64,000 nucleotides of DNA from contig DF237401.1 in NCBI GenBank assembly GCA_000708835.1, positions 1 to 64,000 of the forward strand, written 5' to 3'. The notes below the pieces were generated by a model. It searched no databases and was not told the DNA's origin. It worked only from the letters and a program-made list of their open reading frames with translations. The position numbers and the translations under genes were made by a program. Shown piece after piece: positions 52,989 through 64,000 of this stretch (positions within the stretch are counted from its first letter, which is position 1; each line of letters begins with the position of its first letter). Origin of the DNA: Klebsormidium nitens (taxonomy: Eukaryota; Plantae; Klebsormidiophyceae).

Positions 52989-55900
52989 ATGATGGCAGAC
53001 TATGATCGAGAAATCGAGGATCTGAAAGCACTCGTCACAAAGGCGCTTGAGAAGAAAGGCGTCCTATCTAAAATCCGAGTAAGGCCCAATCTGGACTCAA
53101 TATAGAAGATGTGAATCTATGCCTGTGGGATAGCAAGTCCCTCTCCATGCCATGGTACCCTTAAAAACAACGGAAATCTTAGGACCCCTACAAGCAGGCC
53201 ATGGTCAAGCACATGGTAATGCTGTGGCTGGTAACTCGTGTGGACAGTGCTCAATGCCACATTTGTCTAGCATGAACTCAATGCAAATCTTCCAGATAGC
53301 AACGTGTGTTGAAGTGGACATTCACCTTCTAACTGAACATGGTGTACATTGTCTTTCTGCTGCTGGTAAGTTACATACGTCCTGAGTTGCATACCTAAGC
53401 GTCCCGCCATGATAGCCACAATTCAGCCCCAGAGACTTTGCGGTCCATTTGTTGTCTTCACAGGCGCAGCTCCGAGCTAGTGTTTTCCAAGCAATAGAGG
53501 AGCAGGATAAGGTGTCAGAAGAGAACGGGGAAGAGACGGCCATCGTGGGCGGCTGCAGTAAGCAGGCTAAGGAGTTACACAACACTCCGTCAGGTGAGAA
53601 GCAGCCTTCAGGGTGCTCGGTAGGTGTGCTCCAGTGCAGCTGTTGGGGTCCACAACAAGACACATGGGTTGGGCTGACTTGGTAGCAAATGCTGTGTTTG
53701 ATAACTGGCACCTTCATAGAGAGCCGACGCGCATCTCAGTGCTGTTGCTGCTTTGTGTAGGCGTCACTTTTCAATTACGCAGTCAAAGCGGCGCTGATTC
53801 CAAATAAGCTCTGAAGTTGCGAGTTTGGAATGTGCGTATGCGGCCAGAGCGGAACTCATCCTTCCTGAATGGAGCACGCATACAAGTACCTCCATGCAAG
53901 CTGAAACGCAACCCCAAGTTAGATTAGGTTCTTGACTGCGCCATGTATGTATCTGAAGGTAGTTTGAGACCTCACTTCATTGTCTGTGCAGGGCGGTTGT
54001 TGTCTGGCCTCATTTTGGAGTACTTTGAATGGGCGGAGCTGGACCATACTGTCCAGATCTACCTTCCGGAAGCCAACCTAACTGATAGCGGCGCAAGTCG
54101 CGCGCAACTCGCAGACTCACTGGGCCTAGGACATGCGGCCAAAAGCAACGAACGACCCCTCTTACTAGAGCTCATTGAAGCGAGGGTAAGCGAGCCTGGC
54201 CAACGCAGAGGTTTTCTACTTTATTTCCTTGTTGTCAAATACCAGCTGGCGACAAGAGACAAGGAGCTTGGCTGAGCGGCCTCAATTGGTTCTGCTTCAT
54301 CCCCGAAGCCGCAGTACTATCGGACTCAACATGAATGGGGCATAGCGTGTATAAGCCCAAACCAACCTGTGGTATGGACCGCAGATCGAGATTGGTATGG
54401 CTCTCGTAAGGCTCCTCATAAAGGTTTGACCTTGAGTGCAGCAAGACGTCAACTGTGAGAAGGAGATTGCATAAGGGCGGCCAGGGGTTTTGGTAATGAA
54501 TTAATCAAAGTGGACGCGCATTGGGGCACCATTCTTGCCTGCTTCATTGGAACACTGAGAGGAATTGGCTCGTGATTGCTGTGCAGCGGTCGCAGGACGC
54601 CCCGCGCTCGTCATCCCCCACCACCAACTCCTTTGCACCACCCACCTCGTCCAGCAGACTATCTGCAGCGGAGACAATGGCGGCTACATCTCCTTACGGC
54701 TCGTCTCCTTATGGCCCTACGCCCTCAGGCACAGGCAGGACGCGAGATGGCGCGCCGGATACCAACGAGCACAGCCGACCGCAAAGCCCTGCCAAGAGGT
54801 GGGACCAGCAGACCTGCAAACATCAAAAAAGTCAACATAGATACCATTCTCCACTCTCTGCTTTGCATCTAGCGTATTGATGTCGAGTATGGGTTTGCTT
54901 TATCAGGTCACCGCGACTTGAGAGGATCCTACTTGCCCTCCATATTGTGCCGTTGATTCGTATAACCCTTGACCTTTGATAACCAGAACCGCCAGGTATC
55001 ATAGTTTCACTGTAGAATTTCTTTGCTTTTGACGATGCATTGACTTTATGAGCCATAGGACTCGGCATACTGAAAAAGTTGACCTCTGGAAGATTGTTGA
55101 AGGTTCTTACTCGAGACTTAGAATAATGACCTGTCGTCTGGGCCAAGGGTTCAAACAGTCAAGGCTTCCTATGGGTGTCTTCCTTTAGATGCGCCGCCTG
55201 CTCTGACAAGCCCAACCTTTTCTGCTAGCCACAGGTACGAGTCTCCTCCGTCCCCTAGTAAAGTCCCCACTGCCGCCGCCTTCTTCACCAGCTCCATCCT
55301 GGCAAGCGAAATCTCGCCGGGTAAACCTGGTGAGTCGCCAGTTCAGGAAGGGGGGTCGCGAGGTGCCTCTGGCTCGTTTGGCTCGCTCAACAGGTGTAGC
55401 AAAGCTGTGATTGTAAGTTCGAGGCGCTCATCAGCCCCATACGACGCTCGATCAGCCGCAAACCTTATCTGCTTTCTAGACAAGAAGAATCCCCTTGCGA
55501 GGCATCCTCCTGGCGAACATGGAGGGTTTTGCGTGGACAGTACGCACGATGAACCCGTCTCTGCTTTCAAAATCTCATTCTGGGCTCGATCTGCAATTCA
55601 CCTTCTACCGCAGTTTCACATTCTCTCGCCTCTCCCATCCCGCCTCTTGCCGGATTGATATCTTCCCCCTCGCAATTCCGTCTCCCTCCCCGCTCACACT
55701 TCCCCCCTCTGCCCCAACCACAGCCAGCCCCGCCGCGGCTTTCTCCGATCCGCCCACGAGCTCCCCCCGTGAAGCGGACCAGCGGAGCTTGCTGGGCGCC
55801 CTCCCCCCCCTGCACAAGCAAGCCTTGCCCGCGCTCGGAAGCAGGCGGTACGCCGGTCTCGCACCGCTGCGGGCCAGCCAGGACGAGCCGGCCACTGCGG

Positions 55901-57046
55901 GTCACGGCGCATCGGGGCAGGCACCGTCGTCAGAAGAAACATGTAAGTGCGAGGCAGCCACGTTGATCCCTGGCTTGCCAAACTGCAGTGCTAGGCGGCT
56001 TGAAAAGTTGCAGCAGTCGGTGTGACGACTGGGTCGGGAGCATGGGTTTAGTTCGAAACGAACTTGCGCACCGAGGCTCACATGTTCGAGTCGCCGCAAC
56101 TCGAAAAAGGTGGCGATCGATGTGGTCTCCGACCACCTGCTCGTTGAAATCCTTGATTTGACATCCCAATACATATACTTGCCTGATATGCATGTCCTGC
56201 AGTCGTAAAGACGGTTTTAATGAATGTTTTACGAAAGGTCCTACACGAACATAGATGCTTCTGCATGGTATTTTTGTCGAGAGTGTCGACCAAAAACAGC
56301 TCTTGCCGCTGCAACACACATCCACAACACCGTCGTTGTGTTGAGGAAGCAGGCATCTGTCCCCCGTGCTCACGCGGGGGACTTTTTTGAACCCTCTGTC
56401 CGGATTCGCAGCCTCTCCCGTGATCACGAGCGCCAGGACGCGCCGGTCGAGCAGCGAGTCGGAAGACAGCCCCAGGGGAAGCCCCGGGCGGCAGCTAGAC
56501 AGGCCCGCCACGCCCAGCGAAGAAAGGTGAGCCCCCGAGGGAGCACTCCTTTACAAGTCCGTTGGATCTTGCCCAGGGTCTTTCTGAGGGACGCTTCTGG
56601 GGGACGGGAGTTTCTGGTGTTTCACACGGGCGGGAGAAGAAGGCTGGCGGAGATTGGGAGCGGAGGACTCGGAAACAATGAAGCTGTCTGAATTGTTCGA
56701 TGATTTGCTGCATGCGGGTTTCCTTGGGGCCGAGAGGACAGCCCAGGGTCAGCCTTTTCTTTCCACAAAAATTCATTGGTCCGATCAGCTTGCGAGCATT
56801 TCAAAACGCGTTTTGAGAAGACGGTCTCACGTTCGATCGGACCCAAAGTCCTTTCGAATTTGACTATCCTTCTTTTGGGCATCTTTGGCGTCTGGGTTCG
56901 GCTTGGGCGTTGGGTGTTGCAAAGAAAGGAACCCAACGCCTTGGATAGACTTCCGCTTTTAGCTTATTGGAAACAGTTGTGTTGGCAGGGACATTTCGGA
57001 AGAGATCGAGGAGGAAGAGCTCTCTGTGGAGGCGAGTGACCTCTCG
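52989..57046 (+). CDS. TON1: TONNEAU1/FOP(CEP43)-family LisH protein; 3' end unresolved (continues past 57046)
   Basis: MMADYDREIEDLKALVTKALEKKGVLSKIR|AQLRASVFQAIEEQD..LHNTPSG|RLLSGLILEYFEWAELDHTVQIYLPEANL..PLLLELIE, then S/P-rich exons, LLGALPPL and an acidic exon 56989-57046. Confidence 0.85.
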
Positions 57047-57415
57047 GTAGGCAGCCAACCGCAGGCGAAGTCTAACGAGCCGCTTGTCCGAAAGTGAGTC
57101 ATGCTGCATGGGGCCCCTGCTCGCTTATTAGGAGTCATTGTTCAAAGCGAAACCTAGGGGTATTTGCAAACGACCGACCTTTGTGTTTACAGACCGTTTG
57201 GACTAAGTCGAACGGTATGTGCTTTGTGTTGCAAGAACACGTCAACGATTATTATCAAAGTCAGCCAGGTATACTTGGCGAGGTTCCTCTTTATAATGCA
57301 TGCAGCGGTTCTGGAACTTAAACTTGAATCCAGGTGAGCGTTGGTTGCGAGGTTCTGAGGTCTCCGAAGCAGCCAAAAGCCAACGCGCTTTAGCCAAGTC
57401 TTTCGCCCCTGATTT

Positions 57416-57447
57416 CGGTGCAACCGATAGCCGGTGCAACCGATAGC
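57416..57447 (+). repeat. Perfect 16-bp tandem duplication CGGTGCAACCGATAGC
   Basis: Two adjacent identical copies. Confidence 0.9.
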
Positions 57448-59052
57448 CCTGGCCTGTGATACATTCGAACATGAAGACGAACGGATGCCAGGTAGTCAAG
57501 TTTTAGCTGGAGTGGCGGTTGCGATTGTACCTGGGGGCATGCAGAGAAGCCGACGACATTCATATGCCCACTCCAGTGCCGCCTATGATCATGCAAAATC
57601 TGGTCTGGAATGTGGCATAATCTATGCGCAATAGAACGGCTAGCACCCCTTCTTGTGATTGGCGGTCTCGAGCAATGCCGTGAAGAATGTTCGGTGCTCG
57701 CAAATCATCATTTTAACAGCGGCCTAGGCAGAGCAATACGGAGTCGCGGATCTGGCAAAGTTATGATCGTAAGTTCAGCCCGGCACTAGACTGAGCAGAC
57801 TTGATGTACCTATAAGAAAGATACTTAGGACGGCCAGGGCGCGCTGCCGAGCTCCAGTGGAATTCCAAAAGCTTTTGTTGATTGCACGAAGTAGGCTGGT
57901 GGGGTGCAGACACTTGCTGCACAACGTCACGATATTTTTTTGGACGCGCAAGTGACATCATCGCATTCAATCATGACGTATACAGTACTGCCGCCTCATG
58001 GCGCAGGTGTGGGCCCGCCCGTACATGGAGATGAATCCATGAATTAACCGCGCTGTAAGTTGCGCGCTGGCCCGCATTTGGCTAGCTATCATGCAGACAT
58101 GTCGAAGATGAGCTAGCATGGCCGGCCCATGGCGGCACAAACACGCTTGCGGATATCGTAAATACATGTACCGAGGCGTCGGAAGTAATCTACCTTATAT
58201 ACACAACAACGTTTCATGTGCATGCAACCGTTGCCTTGATATGATGCTCGATTCTGCGAAAAACCATATATGCATGACAGGGTGTTTATCTCATTGACAT
58301 CTTGGCTTCTGGAAACGGTTCATTTTGCGATCGAGCATTGAACATGTTCGTCCGACGGATCTGACAAATAAAGCCGGCCAGGTCCGCCGCACTTAATGGG
58401 TCCCGCACCGCTCCGTTTTCAACAATGTCTGTATCACTTTGCAAGCACACACGCAGATATTGCTATGTCGGCGGCGGGTCGAATCAATCTCTCAAGCAAC
58501 TTGGGCGCTGGCATGCGAGCTTCCGACAATAAGAGCCGCGCTTCTCCTGGCTGAAACCTTTTTGATGGCAGACTTCTCTGCCGTTGGGACACTCAAAGTT
58601 CGTTGAAGTATCATGATTCTAATGACTAGCGGCCTGCAACGGCACACGCTTTCCACCCCAATCCACGCTTTGGTCGCAAGATTTCTATAATGACCGAGAC
58701 CGGATGAGGCCCGGCTGGATCGAATCGATTGGATTGTGAGCTACAGTACAAATAGCAAGATCGGTTCCGTGTAGACTGGGGATTCGACCCTTCCGATCCA
58801 AGAGCCTGGAGAAAGGCTGCAGTTGTAAGGTCCGCTATACCGGCCCAGGCTCCGCACGTGCGGCACTATCGAAACCCACCAGGGTAAAGAAGATGAATTC
58901 TTCCTGAAGTTGGAGGATTCACCTCTTGAAAGAACTCAACATGCAGATCAGTATCGATTATAGCATCGCAATGCTTCACAAAAGCTGCACAAGGAACCTG
59001 CTTTGCTGACCCCCGTCTTTCTCTAGCCTACTCTATCTCCGTCCTCTCCCTC

Positions 59053-62000
59053 TCATCTGCTGCTGGCCCCCTTATACGACGACCGCCAGGGCCCCTTGGT
59101 CGCTCTCTCGGGGGAGCCCAGAAGCGACGGCCCCTTCTCGCTCATCGAGTACGACGCCGCGCGCCCGGACACCGACTGGTGCCGCCGCTTGACCACCTCC
59201 GGGCCGCCCTTTGATGGCGTCATGCTGGGCGTCACCTTCCCGGTGCTGGCCGCCCGCGAAACCCGGCGGTTCTGCGCGCCATACTTGTGCTTGTACGCCT
59301 GGAACGCGGCCGCTAGCGTCTGCTCCTTCCCGTACGCGCCGTCGTCTTCCTCAGCGTCCGTGTCGCTCGTGATCAGCGCGTCGTCGGTCGCCGCCTGCTC
59401 CGTTCCGCCGTTCGCTTCCGTTCCGCTGTTCCAGCTGCGGGTGCTCGACTGGTCAAAGCTGACCTCAGACGCGAGGCCCCCGGGCAGGCTCTCAATCCTG
59501 CTGGCCGGGCTGTCCATGTTCTTCGGTTCGGGGGCGAGCCACGCTGGCAGAGTTGGCATGTTCTGCTCCGCTCGAGTGGCGCTTTCCGCCCGGCTGGGAC
59601 GGGCGGAACGGCCCTTACCGGCGGCTTCCTCGTAGTAGATCTCCGTGTCCTGCCGCTCCAATTCGAACTTGCTCGCTTTTGCAACTTGGGCATGCTCCTC
59701 GGAAGCCACGTGTACGTTCCTGATTGGCTCCATCTTCACGACCGCCTCGCTCTCCTTCTCCGCTTGCTGGACCTCGAAGGCGGCAGCCGCGGGTGCCTTC
59801 GTCGCGCTCCGCTTTCGGCGTTCTGCCCGGAGCTTCTCGTAGCTCACGATCTGGCTCATCACCTTCTCCATGCTCGCGAGCTTGGGCGCCAGCCGGTCCT
59901 CGATCGCGCGCGCGCCCGCGACCTCCACGTCATGCTTGCTGATCACCCGGATCTCCGCCCACGTCGTCTCTACCTTGGGCGCGCCGCTCTTCGCGTTCGC
60001 CGCGGCGGCGAACGGGTTCGGGGTGCCGTGGCCGCTGCTGACGTCATGGCTGACGTCGACCTTCTTGTCCTGGACGTCCGCCCCGCGGCCGCCCCCAAGG
60101 AGCTGCTCCACAGCGGTCCGTTTCGCGGGCGCTTGCGACGCTAGTGGTGCCACGTCATCATCCTGCACGTGCACGGTCAAGCCCCCCGCTCCCGCCCGGT
60201 ACGACACGGTCCGGCTCTTGCCCGCCTTTCCGGACTGGGCTTCCGACCCCTGGTGCGAACCGGGGCCAGTCGGTGGCAGCGTCGCTTCTCCAGAACGAGA
60301 GTTCCCCCTCGCTGAACCTGAGCTGATTCGCCGGGTGTTAACGGGCCCGCTGTTTTGGGTCTGCTTGACGCCCTCCTCTTCGACGTCCCCGTTGGAACCG
60401 TCCTCGTCTTCCTTACCCCCCGCCTTAACCAGCTCTTTCAGCTCCCTTAACCGCCGCAACTCCCGGTCAATCGCTTTCCGATCTTCCGCCAGCGTCGTGT
60501 CTTTCTCCACTGCGCCCCGGCCCACCTCTTCTAGCTGGCGCCTCAGCCGCTTCATCATCGAACGGCAGGGCTTGCCCGCCTGCTGGGAATCGACGGTCAG
60601 GTACGCTTCGGCCAGGTTTGCGGCCAGCCAGCCGCCGCCCACCAGAGTGCGCAGCTTGGAAAGTTGCACCTCTAGTTCGCCCACTCTGAGGGCAGTCGAA
60701 CGGTCCCCGGCCTCAGAGCGGAGTGCGGCTAGCTCCTTCTTCAGAAGCTCCAGCTCCTGCGGAGATTGTGCAATTCGAGTCTGAAATACAATCTTGCACA
60801 TCAAGGCGTCCGCTCTGCTTCGATTGAAGAAGATTCATGGATGCAAGCCTTGTGGGGATGCTTCATAAAACCCGCAGATAGATATCGCTCACAGATTGCC
60901 AGTGTGAGATCGGTCATTACGACGTAAACGAGACTCTCCCGAATTGCAGGTCGAAGTATCGGTTCAGGCGCTCAGTTACACCATTGCGAAGTTCAATTCT
61001 CTGCGGAAGTTTTGCAATATGAAGGAAGCAAACGTAATTTCGCCCCGTCTTTCCAAACGCCACCTGTTTCGTTAAAGCATAATCTCACAACATCTTTTTC
61101 AGAAAATTTCCGGGCTTCCGCGCCGTTCAGAAGATGAAGAATCAACAGATAAAAGCGAGAGTGTTGCTCATCACGCGCACCTGTGCGGCCTGCCCATTCC
61201 TGCGACTTTCGCGTCCTTCCGACTGAATGTCTGCCTGCCCTTTGCGCTCGGCGGCCGCGTTCGGGTCTCCGCTGCGCGCGGCCGCCACCTCCAATCGAAC
61301 CGCCAGGGTTTGCGCTTGCAATCTGAATCCAGAAGGGCTGGATTTAAGAATTTGTCTTACTATGATTGAGACTCGTTCCGACTGATCCACACAAAACAAT
61401 TCTGCTTCTCGAGCGTTCGAAGAAAGCCAGAAAATTTGTGTCAAGACCTGAAAAAGTGGTAGAAAGAGATTTTGAAACGACCCCAGTGCATCGATGCTCG
61501 CAAAGCTTTCTGAACAACGATGGGCCACACGTCTGGGCTGGACAACTCAAGACTCAGCAACGAAAACGTTTTTCTGGAGACCAGCGACTGAGTTGCGTAT
61601 AGAATCTTGATTTCCTGTCTTTCTATCAAAGCGTCAGCTATACATCCGGTTTTCACCTGAGGTCGGCGATCTCGTCCTGCAGCTTCTGCTTTTCGGTCTC
61701 GTGCGCGCCCTTCTCCTGCTCAAACGCTTCCTCCACCGCGCGCAGGCTTGTCAGCATTTCTCCGCTCTTCCGATCATATTCCGCCAGCAGTTCCGCCCGT
61801 ACGTCGGTGAGATCCTTCCGCTCTTTTTCCAGGCGTTCCGTTCCGTTCCGCTTCTCCTCCTCAAGCGCCTTGGCCGCAAGGGCGCCCGCGGCAGCGGCGT
61901 CGGCGAGCTGCTCGCGCATTTTCGCGAGCTCGTACTCGGACTCGGCCGCCCTCTTCGCTTGGGCGTCCGCCTGCGATTGAGAGACCAAGTGTCATCTCCC

Positions 62001-63901
62001 GAGTTTTCATTTCCACGTTTGCATAAATTGCAAGAGAAAGTCCGTTGGGTTAGGAATTAGCTTCATAAACGAAGAGGATTGGATGGGAAGTACGTTGGGC
62101 TTTGGCCCGCTAATTGAGCATTTCTCGCCAAGCATAGCATCTTCGCGTGGTCGTTGCAGGTGAAAAGATTTCAACATCTTCATCTCGTTCGAAGGGTACG
62201 TAGAGAAGGGCGCCATGGTGACCGCCATCTGCGGCAAGCACGGCGCTCTCCATCAGCGGAAAAGAGGATATGAGACGAGCTCGTGGCATCGGGTTTGAGG
62301 GCTTTGGCGGCGCCCACCTGCGCGACGGCGGCCTTGAGGTCGCGCTCCACTTTGAGCCAGCGGTCCTGCACGTCCGCCTGCTGCCGGTTGACCCGCGCCT
62401 CCATTTCGTCGCGCTGCTGCTTCAGCAACCCCTCGTACGCGTTCGTCAGCTCAACCCTGCGCGCACCGCGAAACACAAGACTCAGAGCGGCTGTTAAGAA
62501 TTTTCCGCAGGGCTTTCAGACTGGGCCACGGAACTCAAGCTTGTTCCTCTTCGTTTGGGTGCGAGCTTTCCTGGTTCCTGCCAGGCTTTGGATACGTTTC
62601 GTGTCTGATTTCTAGGTGGCTCCATCCGCATCAGCGCGCCGTTTCGTGCCAGCAAATGCGAGGATTCATGTCCAAGTAATTCACAGCACCCGTGAATTCG
62701 TGCTCGCAGCTTTAAGCGCCAGAACGCGCCATGGGGATTTCATTGCAGACGGCCGCACCTGCGTGCCTCGGTCTCTTGGTCTTTAGCATCCAGCTGGCGC
62801 TGCATCTGCTTCTCGAAGCGGCGCGACTCGTGCAGCAGGGCCGCCTCCACGATGCGCGCCACCGAGGTCTGGTCCTCCTCGGCATCCTGAGAAGCACAAA
62901 AGCAAGATGAGTGCTAAAACGCAAGGTAACAGGTTCAATCCTGGCGGAGTCGACTTGTTGAATGCACGCAACACAACCACGCAGAAACGGATCAACGATC
63001 TTAGAGACGAGGATTTCGCAAATGCAGACCCTGGAGGGCCACTTAGAACCAGAAACGAAACAACAGGCTTACACATCAAGGACCAAGTGGATCGACAAAA
63101 CTACATGAAGCTGTCTACATGGACTAGGAATCGGTGTTCCCTAGCAGTGCTGCTTTGGGTCCGCATCCACCAGATATTGGCCTTGAGAAACAGCTTCAGA
63201 AAGTCCCTCGATTGGTTCTGTAAGACTACGTCCGCGCCCGGATGGGAAGTACGTAAATAGAGACCTACAGAGAGCCAAAAAGGCGACGCACCTGCAGCCT
63301 CTGAGTCAGGTCGTGCACGGTCTTCTCCAGTGCGGTCGCCTTGGCAGGAGGAGACGGTGTCGTCCCCGGTCGAGCCGTAAACACGACGTTACTCTCAGAC
63401 TGCCGCCGGTCCCTGCAAGCCAATGGGAACACTTAAGAGCCTGCAGGCTTCTCTAACAATGAGTAATCTGTCAGCACATCCTCAGCATAAGGTTCCTCGT
63501 TGATTGACAAAGCCACTCTTTAGAGCGCCTTAGCAAGTGCAGCTTCTCAGGGACAAATGTAACCCAACTTTTACCCCAGAAGATACCAAAGTAGATTGGC
63601 CAATGATCCGCCAGGGCAAGATGAAACGAGAGAAGTTTGAGACAGAGCATTCAGGTATGCCACTATGTCGACGCTCCTGCCCCTCTCACCTAGCCACGGG
63701 TGTGTTCTGCAGCTCAGCCACCTTCTCCTCAAATCGCGCCAGCTCCGCATCCCGCTCCGTGAGCAGCTGCAGGTGGTACTCGAAGTTCTCCTGCAGCTTG
63801 GCCAGCTTGCGATTGGCCTGCGCGACCTCCTCCTCCTTGGCGCGCAGCATCGCCTCGCACCGCCGCACGCGGTACTCTCCCAACTCGGAACGCTCCTTCT
63901 C
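59053..63901 (-). CDS. Large coiled-coil protein, CCDC57-like (5' end lies beyond the window)
   Basis: Exon from 63901 KLAKLQENFEYHLQLLTERDAELARFE resembles the CCDC57 N-terminal motif as recalled (LQEDFxYNLxxLxERDxEL). Further heptad-rich exons at ~63290-63415, 62760-62890, 62280-62460, 61660-61980, 61200-61310; terminal ORF 60804-59053. Confidence 0.7.
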
Positions 63902-64000
63902 CTGTAAGAAGAGGGGAGTTCGCATTTAAGGAAGCAGGGGCTGGGCTACTTTTCTAAAAGTGAAGGCGAAAAGGCGGTGTCTGGACGATGGGTGATGCAG

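Noticed and set aside
58773-58846. 74-nt tRNA-like stretch on the minus strand (D-arm GCGG/CTGC, stem AGCCT/AGGCT, GTCGAATC B-box-like)
   Set aside because: 6-nt anticodon loop, no D-loop GG, T-stem and acceptor stem pair poorly. At best a degenerate relic; tRNAscan-SE would decide.
59870-60784. 304-aa plus-strand ORF
   Set aside because: Antisense shadow of the CCDC57-like terminal exon.

Overview
Eukaryotic, intron-rich nuclear DNA from a green plant-lineage organism. Inference: a flagellate-cell-forming streptophyte alga such as Klebsormidium, based on a plant-type ROP, TON1, an AGO1/5/10-like Argonaute, a plastid sigma factor and a CCDC57-like centriolar protein. Spliced gene models built by hand: ATE1 (-, 3864-8394); Argonaute (+, 9780-18274, 20 exons, 900 aa); a LEA-like/mitochondrial-carrier (BT1-like) fusion gene (-, 22024-26411, 686 aa); BCKDH E1-alpha (+); PPAT/CoaD (-, 31684-33608, not evident from the ORF track); a low-complexity hypothetical gene (+); ROP GTPase (-); plastid sigma factor (-); TON1/FOP-like (+); and a 5'-truncated CCDC57-like coiled-coil gene (-). 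Two observations stand out. (1) The Argonaute is intact, but both outer residues of its DEDH slicer tetrad are Gly (G-E-D-G), predicting a non-slicing AGO. (2) About 340 aa of group-3-LEA-like 11-mer repeats splice in frame onto an adenine-nucleotide-type SLC25 carrier, downstream of a DRE+RY+ABRE motif cluster, suggesting a desiccation-linked transporter. Several small hairpin/MITE-like elements and GTAC/CCTAGG clusters lie in intergenic DNA. All protein-family calls come from recalled motifs, not database searches.
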